A stretch of 64,000 bases of DNA, from NCBI GenBank assembly GCA_001949185.1, contig BDGG01000002.1, positions 2,291,826-2,355,825 on the forward strand, written 5' to 3'. This DNA comes from Ramazzottius varieornatus. Taxonomy: Eukaryota; Animalia; Tardigrada. Numbering within the stretch: the stretch's first letter is position 1; the number at the start of each line of letters is the position of its first letter. The position numbers and the translations under genes are program-made. Shown piece by piece: positions 49,601-60,756 of the stretch. A model generated the notes under the pieces. It did not search any database. It worked only from the letters and a program-made list of their open reading frames with translations, and had not been told where the DNA came from.

Positions 49601-51327
49601 CGAGGAAGACGACCGGACTGATGGATATCATTTGAACTGTTGATTGAGTCGCCATTTGGGCTTCGTGATTCGTGAATGAAGCTCGGTAGTTCACAGTTTG
49701 GTGGTGTGAGAAGACAGAATGAACTGAATGCACCAGTTATTCTACTGCGGTGGGTGCAGCTGAACCGGCTCCTCCATGTAACCTTATGTTAATAGCGTGC
49801 ATTTCCTCCGTCTCAAACAACAAACTTGAATGAAGATGACTTTAAGCAATTTGTTCAATGACCGGTTTCGTCGTTAAGCTGCTCACCCGACAGCTCGTGC
49901 TGCGACTGCCGGACAAGAGCTAGCTCGGCCATACCTCCTTGATAATCCTCTTATTGCCAGCAATCTAATCGCTTATACAAATATGATTCAAGCAACAATA
50001 TCCTTCACAGTATTTATTATACACTTAAGCGGTTTCGACTTTTTCATCTTCGCCGTATTTCGATAAAATACATCGAAAGTTTCAACAACGTTTCTTTCAT
50101 CATAAGTACTACATACAAGCATTACAAGCGTAAACCAAAGCGTAATTTTCTGCACTGTTCCTGAAAGAAAGATATCCGTACAGCAGCGTTCAAAGTATGT
50201 TCGGACTGAATATGTGTAACTTAACTGAACATTGCGTAGATAAACGAACAAATTCGTTTCCACGAACGACGACTAATTTTGATGTTTGACGGGATGTTTA
50301 GATAACCGCGGGAGTCACGGAGATGGCATCGACCATCATTTCAAGTCAAAATTGGATCACAGTGGGCATGCGCATCACAACTCGCTACAAGCCTCGCACC
50401 ATCATCGTGGCAACTCAGCGGCCGTAGCGGCCTACCAACATCTCCACCATCAGAACAACGAGCCATGCCTCTTGAAACAGCGGCAACGACGGAAGCCCCG
50501 AGTCCTCTTCTCCCAACAGCAGGTCCACGAACTAGAAAAGAAGTTCCGCTCTCACAAATACCTATCCGCACCGGAACGCGATGGCCTTGCACAAGCCCTT
50601 AAGGTGAGCTATCCAACTCTGCTTTCCCTGCAGTCTCTGACACGTGGGCAAATGAACTGAACTACATCGCTGCATCAAGTGACGTACGTTTCCAGAGATA
50701 CTGGCTCGAAGCATGCGCCACTCCGAAAAATGGTTGTGTCCCGTTTGGTTGTTTCCCAAGTGGCGCGCGATCCTGTGTGATTTGCTGAAAGCGAGCGCCA
50801 CATGAGACAACTATCAGGTTTAGCTAATTGGCCCGCAACTCACCTGCAGTATCTAAAAACGCTCAAAGTTGATCGGGTCTAACCAGTGGGATCTTTTTCA
50901 GCTGACGCCTCAACAAGTGAAAATATGGTATCAGAACCGTCGCTACAAAAGCAAGCGGCAGACTCAAGACAAGACGATCGAGCTGGCGACCCAAAGTCTA
51001 ATGAACCCAGGTCCCCGTCGCGTAGCTGTCCCGGTGTTGGTCAAAGACGGCAAACAGACGGCTGTCGGCGTGGCAGTCCACCAGCAATCCCAGCAACAGT
51101 CATTATCCAACGCAGTCCAGGCTCAACCGGAGGGCGCCTCGCCTTCCTCACATTCCACAATCTCCTGCAGCAGCACGACCTACTCTCCCCCCAACTACAC
51201 CACATCCTCCTACACTGGCTCGAATAACTACGCTCTAAATAGCGGCGCTGCTTCCGCCGCGGCACTGACCGGAAAGAGCCCCTATGGCGAATCGGAGAAC
51301 CAACCGTTGACGTCACCCAGTTGGTAA
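46620..51327 (+). CDS. NK4: NK4/tinman (Nkx2.5-type) homeobox transcription factor; exons 46620-47103, 50302-50603, 50902-51327
   Basis: TN/eh1 motif GFSVKNLL; Tyr-rich region; homeodomain [10 protein letters not shown]...YLSAPERD...[21 protein letters not shown] followed by QDKTIEL; NK2-[19 protein letters not shown] and NRRYK distinguish NK4 from NK2.1/NK2.2. Confidence 0.9.
50676..50812. repeat. Two tandem units of the palindromic element in the NK4 homeobox intron
   Basis: CAAGTG at 50676 and 50757 (81-bp period); spacers 27 and 26 bp. Confidence 0.8.
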
Positions 51328-51978
51328 CTGGATCGCGTTTCTTCTTTGCAATTCGGCGCGACGACGGTGACATTCTTTTCCGGAGACGAACGGCAAGAAA
51401 GATTCTTTCCTTGTATTATTCTTCCTTGTTGCATCAGATGTGGCTGGTTTCTAAATGGGGGAAAGGCAAAAGGGATGTGTGCCTTTGGCATTCAAGAGTG
51501 TTTACCAGATGGATTTTGTTACTGCTTTCTTATGAAAAGTCCACATCACTCGCATTCTTGTCAACACCGTACATCCAAAGCCGGCCTAATCCAACCACCG
51601 GCTATTCTTGCGTCTCTAGCATTCACTGAGGCTTGAGACGTGCCTTTTTAATTTCTGACTTGCACTGGCCTTAGTAAATAACAGATTTACAAAATGTCCA
51701 TATCTTCTTCCATTGAAAATTCTTTACCGGTCTGACTTATCTTTGCTTGCTCTGCATAATACTCGGAACAATTCTTCAGCTCAAAGTCTAATACTTTCTC
51801 TGAACCGTAACATATTTAATAAAATATTCAACATCGTCGTTCACCGATTTACTCATGCTTTATTCGGTCTTAGAAATCAAGAAAAATGGTCGTTGTCCCT
51901 GAGAAATATACGAAGAGTTTTGGCTGGTCGAAAACCGTTAAACGAAGTGACGGGAGACCAGTGGAGAAACGTACAGAA

Positions 51979-52048
51979 TGGTTGTACCAAGTGGCGTACC
52001 TGATCACTGTTATTGACTGGGAACGCGCGTCACTTACAAAAAACAGCC
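51979..52048. repeat. Palindromic element copy between NK4 and the F-box gene
   Basis: GTGGCGTA 51991-51998 and CGCGTCAC 52026-52033; spacer 27 bp, with sequence similar to the 14031 copy. Confidence 0.75.
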
Positions 52049-52469
52049 TTGTACATTTTGCTGGTCGCTTCCGATGTGTATCATGGCGGTAGAATATCCG
52101 ATCTGACTTCGGTGTCAAAAGACACACTTGACAAGGTGCACATCCTATTTCGAGAACAAGTAGTCACTCTTTCGTCTACCTTCTCGTTTGTCTGAAGTTC
52201 GCAATGCTACTAACCCTGCACCGAAAACTCAAAAGACATCCGACGAGCGCCACTTGTGGTCGAAGTTCAAATGGGCCCGATGTTCCCATGCGAAACACGG
52301 GTAGAATTTTGTGATTATAGATTCAGCGGTTGTGATAGTGTAAAGAGTGCGTGGGGAACACCTCATCAATTACCCTCGTCGTAGACACCAGCCTGACACC
52401 CTCAAGTGCATGCACAGTCTTCCCTTCAAGACCGATGGCTTCCAGCTTCCGAACTCGTGCCTTATGGAT

Positions 52470-52516
52470 GGAAACCAAACTATTGGAACCAAACTTTATT
52501 GGAACCAAACTTTATT
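52470..52516. repeat. Short tandem repeat (TTGGAACCAAACTTTA) ~x3
   Basis: Directly visible. Confidence 0.8.
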
Positions 52517-52713
52517 TGCAAAATCGAAACAAATTCAAATGCTTACAGCCACACAACGAATAGGCTTGCTTCCATCCTCGAATAAGGAGGACGTAATAGA
52601 GAAGACTTATCCAGTTTACACGGCAAAAAGGGACATTTCTCTCAGGTTGCTCGATAAGATGTTTTGGTAATATGATAACGGTACCACCAATAAGGATATT
52701 TGGGTTGCCTTGG

Positions 52714-55700
52714 TTAATTGAAGCGAAGGTCTTTGAAATAAGGAAGTAAGGGAAGGATGGTGGTGCTGCAGTTGACAGTGGTGCGTACAATAGCACGTCG
52801 GTGGGCCCGCTCAAAGTTAGACTTGACCAGTTCGAAGTACTCGCCATCGCTCAGTGTCAGACTGCGCAGCTTGCTCGCTTTCACACGTAGGGTGTCGATG
52901 AATTTGCTGCTCTTGTCACTGAAGCGTAGGGTCTCCGGGTCCCACCGGATCTCCAGTCGTTCGATTTGGGGGCAGTTGACAGCCACACAGTCGATGATCT
53001 GGTCCACATGGATCTTCGAACTGACTCGCGTGATTGTCACGATCTTTCCTGTCCCCATAATCAAAATCCTACAATAGAAATTGACTGTTCAAAAATGCCA
53101 ACGGATCAGAAATGAAGGGTCTGGTGCAAAGAACGAAGAAGGAGTCCATATCGTACAGCATAGAATCAAAAGCTCAAAAGAATCGGTGTCGAGTGAAACA
53201 GTTTAGGGACGTCGCCATTTTATACAATGAAAGAAAGATCTCTTTCTTGTTCCGTACTGACTTTATTTTCCTGAGGAAAGGTACAGACTGCGTCCAGAAA
53301 GTCTCCACCAGCCAAGGTATACCAGCCAGGTTCAGTCCCAGAAGCTGATTTCCATGCGCCTCCAAGAACTTGAACAGGTACTCTTCCGTCAGATTGTCGC
53401 AGCTCTGAAGGTCGATAGCAACGAGGGATTTAGCCAGCCCACTTTGCATAATGCTATCCAGTACCTTGAAAAAATCAAAGTTTTCTGTATGTGCAATGAG
53501 ATGGGATTGACTGTCATCCAAGTCTTCGGAATCCTGGAAATCTCACACTTGATTTATGCTGGGATATTCAGCAGCCTAAATTTGGGTCTCACCTGGTTGT
53601 CAAAGCCGTCCACATGGCCTGCACAAAACCACTTGAGATTTTTGATGCGACCGAGAACATCGATCAAAGCAGCTGAAGTGATTTCACAGGATGTAATGTC
53701 CAGCTCACTGACACGACTCTTTTCCCACTCAGCGTCCTGAAAGTGTTCGCTCTTGATACCTGCAAACAAAACACACGCTCTTCACCACGTTCGGTTCTTT
53801 GCATCGATCGAACTGAACTTGCCGGAAAGGCTTTCGGCACTTGCCTGTTTGCTCCATGAGCAGACAGCTCAACTTCCGGCATCGTTGCAGGAGGGTCTTC
53901 AGCGAGGTTCCGGTGTACTTCGTGCAGAACTTGATGCACAAGCACTCCAGATGAACACAGTTGCTGGAGATGGCTTCAATATGGTTGTCGTCCAGGAACT
54001 TCACCCCGAAGAAATTGATGACGCGGAGGTTGGGCACGTGGCTCTTCAGCTTTGTGATTTGGACTGTCTCGTGAACTTCCTCTTCTTCCTCCGACACTTT
54101 TTCGTACGTCCCTAAAAATGTCACCTGCAGGTTAGGTCTGACGATTATCTGACGATTACGATAGTCAATTTAGGCGCCAACAAGCCGTAGAAAAACGATG
54201 CATCTGAAATCCTCCCGGTTAGGCACCTCGTACGTGTGTCATATTTGTGCTAAACGTCCTGGCTGAAAAACCTGGGGATTGTTCTATCTTTCACAGTTCT
54301 CACCGATTAGCTGCAAACACTCCACCGAGTTGATGAAGTTATAAATTTTGCGCATGAAGCCTTCCATGAAGATGACGTCAGACAGACAGATGTTCAGAGT
54401 TCGCAGCTTTGACGGAAAGGCGTTGAGGTCGTTAAAGTCATGAAGCTGCATGGCGTTGGAGAAGTCCAGGACGAGATGGACCAAATTAGGGCATTTATTG
54501 GCCAGCTCGTGGAAGACCTGAGCGGTGATAAGCTCGATGGGCAACTCGATGCACTTGAGTTGGGCGCCAAAGCGGCTGGCTATCAAGTGGACAGCTGTGT
54601 CGGGAGGGGGAGCAGCCACTAGCCCGCCGTACTCTGGCCGTAGCGACACCGACGACCATAATCGATTATCATACGCTAATTGCCGCCACTTGCGATTGAC
54701 CTGTGCCAGTCGGCAAATTTCCTTGTGCTCCAGGAAGCCCAGAATATGCAACAGCGTCTTGTCCGGAAGTTTGTCGATTGTCTACAGAAACGAACGACAG
54801 CATAATGAAAATTCCATATCAGCCCCCGAGTTGGTGGCGAAAAGTTCTTGACTGCACTCGCAGCCTCTAATAATTCAGAAAGCACTAGGGATCACTTCAG
54901 TGCAAACTATCGCAAGTTTCACCCAGATTGCATACGTACAGCGCCTTTTTTCTACTAATGTGGTCCCATATTGATATTGTTTTCTGAGTTTCGAAAGACA
55001 ATGAGTCTAATTTTAATCAATGACAATGAGATCGTTCAAGTCGTAGAACTATTGAAGGTCTTAACTGCAACGTACCGCTTGCCGCGGACTAGGCTCCCCG
55101 CGGTCTTTGGGTGCCATAACAATGTACTCGTGTTGTCGTAAGTAGATCAATTATTTACCAAAAACGGCAGATAGGAAATATCAACGGATCAAATTTCGAA
55201 AGATAAGATGATCGGGGAAGGGAATTTGATAGGCATGGATTAACTGTTAGAAAAACGAAGCTGAGAACCCTCCGCTCCTTCTCTTCGCGTCTGGCTCTGT
55301 GCGGTTGACAAGTCTGAAACGTCTGTTTGAATCGCTTACAAAGTATATGAAGTCATGCTTATCCCAACAGCTCGAAATAGATTTTTCTGAATTATGTTGG
55401 ACCGTCTCTCTATGTATGCGGGGGATCTGCTGCTGCTCCTCTTCGCGAACCACGCGGAACTCAGCAAGCGAGCTTCCGCTTATGCGGACAACCAGCTTTC
55501 TGTGCTGGCGAGCGAGATGTTTTCCTAGCTAGAGTTATTTTTGGAGCTTACTCTAAGTTAACCGGTATTACACTCACAAACGCAGCTATGTATGCCGTCC
55601 TGATCGTAACCAGTTCCGTCGGTCAGAAACCTATCGGGCTGTTTTAAGACAGGAGAACCTTAATTGTAGAGGATCTGATTTAGGTGAGCCTATCGATAAA

Positions 55701-56554
55701 TACGAAATCCAGTGCCGTATTACGTCCCAAAATTTGTGTACGTTATTCGAGCTGAATTAACACTGATGAAGCATGACTGTCGTCCGCATCAGTGTTAATT
55801 CCCCTCGAGTGACGTACACAAATTTTGGCAGGTAATGCGGCAGCAGAGTCTCCCAATGTGAATGTCCATTAACTTAGAATCGTGATTTTAAGTTCCGCTT
55901 GTTAGTCAGCCAGACGACTTAAATCCTGCAAAATATGCGTCTTTTTTACAATACGTTCTTCTGACTGATCCTTGATACCGCAATCAACCGTAACACCCAT
56001 TGCTTGCTGGGGACTTCCTCTGCCGAATACCGAGCTAAAACGCTTTGACCAAATGAAATTTGAGGCATGCACATTTCCGAGTATTTCAGGGTCCAGGAAG
56101 ATGTCTATGTTTTATTGTGCCCGCATGTGCAGAACAACGACCACGCCCACAAACCGACTTCCTGGTTCGAACCGATAAGTGATCATGCAGTGTTAAACGT
56201 TAAAGACCATTCAGGAAATTCTTGCCGGAATCGACTATCTGGTAGAGCAGACAGATTTCTGCTCCTGTGTACAGTACAATCCAGTTTTTTCCTGGTTTTA
56301 TCTCGGTGAGAAATAACCTACCTGACTAGAAAGAGAAAAAGCCTTACCGTGTTTGAATGCATGGAACGAAAAGGTTTTTGTTGCTGCATGATCTGATGTT
56401 GCAACTGGGTGCTGCGTCGTCGAGAGCCAAAGTCAAAACCCTCCGGTCCATCTTGCACGGCGCCGTTTCCCTGCACCCCATAACTCGACCGTCGGCGTTC
56501 CTCGTTTTGACTGGGACGACCCCCTTGCATCGATTCAACGGCTAAGCTGAACAT
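52714..56554 (-). CDS. F-box/leucine-rich repeat protein (resembles Drosophila FipoQ), multi-exon
   Basis: GCCGCCATG start; F-box IDKLPDKTLLHILGFL...LAQVNRKWRQLAYDNRLW; LRRs; IFMEGFMRKIYNFIN; C-terminal ELVKSNFERA...DLRFN. Orthology to FipoQ is from recall. Confidence 0.88.
55713..55842. repeat. 130-bp hairpin/foldback (56-bp arms, 18-nt loop) in F-box gene intron
   Basis: TGCCGTATTACGTCCCAAAATTTGTGTACGTTATTCGAGCTGAATTAACACTGATG paired with its near-inverse, ~7 mismatches. Confidence 0.9.
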
Positions 56555-58027
56555 GGCGGCAGGACAAAACTTTTTGGTATCTTGGAACCACGAGCAATCA
56601 GTCAGAAATTAGTGCCAAATTAGTCTCCCTCAACTGAAAAAATACACACGACCTAGAAAAAATTCTGTACTAACTTTGTCAAACACGAGCAAAATTCGGT
56701 AGGAGAAAGTTTTGCTGTGCTGTGCTGTGAAATGAGAAACTGGAAGCCAGTGACGAAAAATTGAGCGTTGTGATGGGAGAGTGTCGGCATGCATTGACAT
56801 GTCATTACTTGTACAAGAACTACAGTATTTGTTTACTTCGTCGAGGTCTCTCTCTGTAATGAACTGTTCGCGCTGATCATGAGCTCCCCGACTTGCCGGC
56901 TTCTTGAAAGTTGATACATATTCGATACAGCGCTTGCTTCCATCCGTCAATTGGAACTGTTCTAAAGTAGTATAGCTACTTCACACATCTAGGCTATACG
57001 AGTCCTGACATTCCGGCACTGGAGCACAAAAAGCCAAAGTGCTTGGCGGATCGTAATTTCATACTTAACAAACCGGACCAAAGGATTCCAAAAGAACCCC
57101 CTCGGGTTTCAGATACAACTTTCATACATTCAGATTCAACTTACGGACGATAAGGGAGATTTAGAGCCTGGGCTGAAAAATCATTCGTTGGAAAAACATT
57201 TTAAAATATATGGAGAGAGGTTTTTTGGAGTGCTAAGCGTTTTTGAAGAAATTATGTGGAGTTTATTCCCCATTGTACATTTGACTTTGACTTCAGCAGT
57301 GGATGACGGAGGCATGTCTAACTTACTGCCCAGGTCGAGTAGAAGGAAGTCGAGCCTGCCCGCTGTCACGACTGGAGAAAAATTTCATTTTTGCACAAAG
57401 GGGAAGTTCGCAAGTGACACGGGGTGACAGTAGCTGGTGCACTACCTATAATCACCAGCCGGATTTTGAAAACTTTATTGTTTCTTCTCCGCGTTTCCAT
57501 TTCTGATAAAACTTAGCTTTCACTCTCTATTCCCTTCGCATTCTAGTTGCTTGTTGTCGGAGCGCTAAAAAATCATCCACCCCAGATATACGATCGGCGC
57601 GGACAGCGCGAGGATAACATCTCGAAATGCGCGAGTTTACGAGGAAAACTGAAAAACAACTTTTCGCATTTTTTCAAAAAATTATCTCTTCGTTTGCTCA
57701 AGTACTAGGTACCTCAGCTTCTAAAGATAAAGGTTACAAGCGACGGTCTATCTCCTAGAAGCGTACTCTGCAAACTAGTACTTTCAGGTGGTCTTTGCCT
57801 CAAAACTTATCGAACTCCCTGTTTACCGTTTGAAAGTGCGTTGCGGAGATGAGACTCTGAACGGTTCTCTACTCCAGGTGGCGTATGGCAATCAGCATTA
57901 GACAGAGCTACCTGGCGAACGCATCAGCGCATAAGATACATAGTACTAGAAGTAGTACTATGCAGCATGCTGGGGAGTATCGATCAACTCCAAGCAGCGA
58001 TTATCTTCACCCCCCCCCCCCCCCCCA

Positions 58028-58077
58028 NNNNNNNNNNNNNNNNNNNNNNNNNNNNNNNNNNNNNNNNNNNNNNNNNN
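58028..58077. other. Assembly gap (50 N) inside a poly-C tract
   Basis: Run of N flanked by C homopolymers. Confidence 0.99.
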
Positions 58078-58219
58078 CCCCCCCCCCCCCCCGACTGAAG
58101 TGTCTAATAATAAGATTCACATAACTGAGGTGAAAAATTTGAAAACCGTTTCTGTTCTAGATCTCGTCTGACCACGAAGCTCATTAGAAACCCGAGAGCA
58201 CGTCTTGCAAGCTTGGAGA

Positions 58220-60114
58220 ATGTCGTTGACGCATATCAAGGTACGTTCGCAAAACTCGTTCCATCTCGACGTGACACGCGAGATCGCCAGTCTGGAAGGC
58301 CACCTCTTTGCTCTGCCCATAATCTTCATCAATTTCGGCGGGGAGATGATTTACGTTATTGAGCATCGTTTGAGAGCTCAAAAGTTAGAGGACCGGATGG
58401 ACAAAGGTCGGTCAAGATCACCTTAAAAATTCTGACAACATGCATCCTTTATCCTGGCCCGTCTTTAGTGATGCAAGATGTGATCGGTACAATATTCCGC
58501 CCACGAATAGTCGATGAACTTTTTAAGCCACAGCATCTTTTGTCGGAGTCTTCGATGCGTACACTGTTTCAAAAGCTGGTAATTTATACGGGTGAACTCC
58601 CAATTCGAATAAACGCAACGAGAAATTAAGCTGTCATGTGTATTTTAGGCGCATGCGTCTATCATGAGCCTCAACCAAGAAAGCATGGACAAGGTTCGGA
58701 TATGACAGGGATCAATTTTGTCGGACTAATGCTGCTGAATTTCTATATAGTCATTTCTCGACTAAATAACATGGGTTCGTTGCAGTTGCTGGACTTGATG
58801 ACGATGACGGTCAAATACCAAATATTCGCCTGCAAATACCCGACCGAGTTGATCTACTGCGCACTAAATCATCTGGACTACATGCGAAACCTGGTCCAGC
58901 ATTCCGAGACCATTTCTAATTCCTTACGAAAAGTCTATCATCATATTGAACGGGTAAGATTTTAAGATCCCTAGAGAACCTGTGCCTGTTTTTCTGTCAT
59001 GTGGGAGGGCCTCAAGATATAGCAGCTTTTGTAGGCTTATGGTCGAATGGATAGCCAGAATCTCTTCCTTCTTCGAACTACTATCCTGCGTTTTTTTCAA
59101 GATCGTAAAACACGGGTAAAGTGGTGCGCGGCTGTTTCGGTTCTAGCTGGCGACGCAAGATTAACTGTGTGCTCTGGTTGAATTTTAGCTTTCGGTCTTT
59201 CTGCAAAATGGCGTTCAGCGAGAAGCAGACGGCGTGATGCGGATCTCCAAAGATGGCGAAATTCCAGCCCGATCCCAGATCAATGTTCCCGGAAAAATAA
59301 CGTACTGTAAAATCTTCGAGTACTCTCTCTGATAGAGTCACCGACCACCAAGCTGCGCATCTTTTACAGATACTACAAAACCACGAAGGGTATTTTGTCC
59401 AAGGAAATCGTGACGCGACGGACGGAAAATTTCCAGCAAGGCGGAAGCTTCAAGCTTGTCGGCTCGTCTTCGTTCGAACCGTCCACCGCGTTTGACGCTC
59501 CTGCCGGAAGTCGAGGAACTCTTCTTGGTACAAATTTGTACGTACTTTGTAGAGAGTCTCGCTCAGATCCCTCCGAACTAAACCAAATAAGTTAAAGGTG
59601 CGGTGCGGATACAGATTTGCCAGCTACAAAGGTTCCACGATTGCCTCCATTGAGAACACAAGCGCGCCTGGTACTCCGAAGAGCCGAACGAACTCTGACG
59701 TAGGTCAGACCGGAAACGTGGTAAGAATCCTGCCTTCGTCCGAATACCGTGCAATTCGCAATTATGGCTCATTGAAACCATCTTTCATGTAACTTGAAGA
59801 CCGCGAAGAAGAGCGCGGCAGCTGGTGCCGAAATGGCAATGCTGGCCAAGATACTCGGTGCTATTCCCGATTCGAAGACGAGTGCGGAGGAAAAGACAAC
59901 CATAGATCTCGATTTTCTCTCGCTGGATCTCAGTTCCAGCTCTGCACCTTTCGTAAAGTCGGCCGCCAGTCCGACTAAAGTACAGCGCGTGGAGCTCCAA
60001 AACACGAAGCTCAAAGACTTCGATCTGGGTTTAGAAGCAAGTACCATGAGCGAAGATGTTGCTGATGATTTTGATCTGCTCGAACTCATGGATCAAGCTG
60101 CCAAGAGCTCTTGA
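58220..60114 (+). CDS. OSCP1: Organic solute carrier partner 1 (OSCP1/NOR1), multi-exon
   Basis: LPIIFINFGGEMIYVIEHRLRAQ, ELFKPQ, LAHASIMSLNQESMDKLLDLMTMTVKYQ, NHLD, LGTNL, terminal DDFDLLELMD. Confidence 0.92.
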
Positions 60115-60756
60115 CCAACGCGTACCGATGGAGACTCGACGTTGCAATTAACTATGTCTGAACCTCGTCCATACCGAGTACCATCCGTGTCATTTCTATC
60201 ACCATTCCGCCCCATCCAAAGGTGGTTTGCTGCAGCACATTACAGTTATTGTGGAGTATTATTGGAAAACACATTCATCTTCCTTTTTTCTCAACTCCTT
60301 TCTTGACGGGAAAACTTGAGATATCAATATACAGTATTTCTCAACAAGCTGTGATGACCTTCCCGAGTCCCCGTTAGAGCCAAGTCAAACAGACTAAAAC
60401 TTGAAGGAGTCGAACTCTGGACCTCTGGCCTGCTGAACGAGACAGTCGTAGTCTCGATGGGGTCGATGACAAAACAGTCATGTCAGGCGGTCCGGGTAAC
60501 TTCTAACAGTGCCAGATGACGTCATCGGAAAATCCGCTTTCAAATTTCTGAGTTGAGTTACAACGACTCGAGTCGAGCTGCCGAGCGATTGCGCAAACGG
60601 CGAAACCGGATCTGTCAACTGTTTTTCCTGTTTGCTTGATTTTTTGCTGATTTCATTTCGTCTTCCAGCTGTTTCTTCACGCTCGGTGGGCTCTTCCGAC
60701 CATCTCACTGTCTCACACTCCTTATTCCTCCTCGTTGTGCTCTTCTCCTTGTAGGT

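Noticed and set aside
46620-51327. Calling the homeobox gene NK2.1/scarecrow or NK2.2/vnd
   Set aside because: Those have RRKRRVLF and NHRYK; this one has [13 protein letters not shown] and QDKTIEL, as in NK4.
14029-52048. CRISPR-like or integron attC-like reading of the fixed-spacer palindrome
   Set aside because: Units are dispersed singly or in pairs in a eukaryotic genome, the spacers are related to each other rather than unique, and no cas or integrase gene is present.
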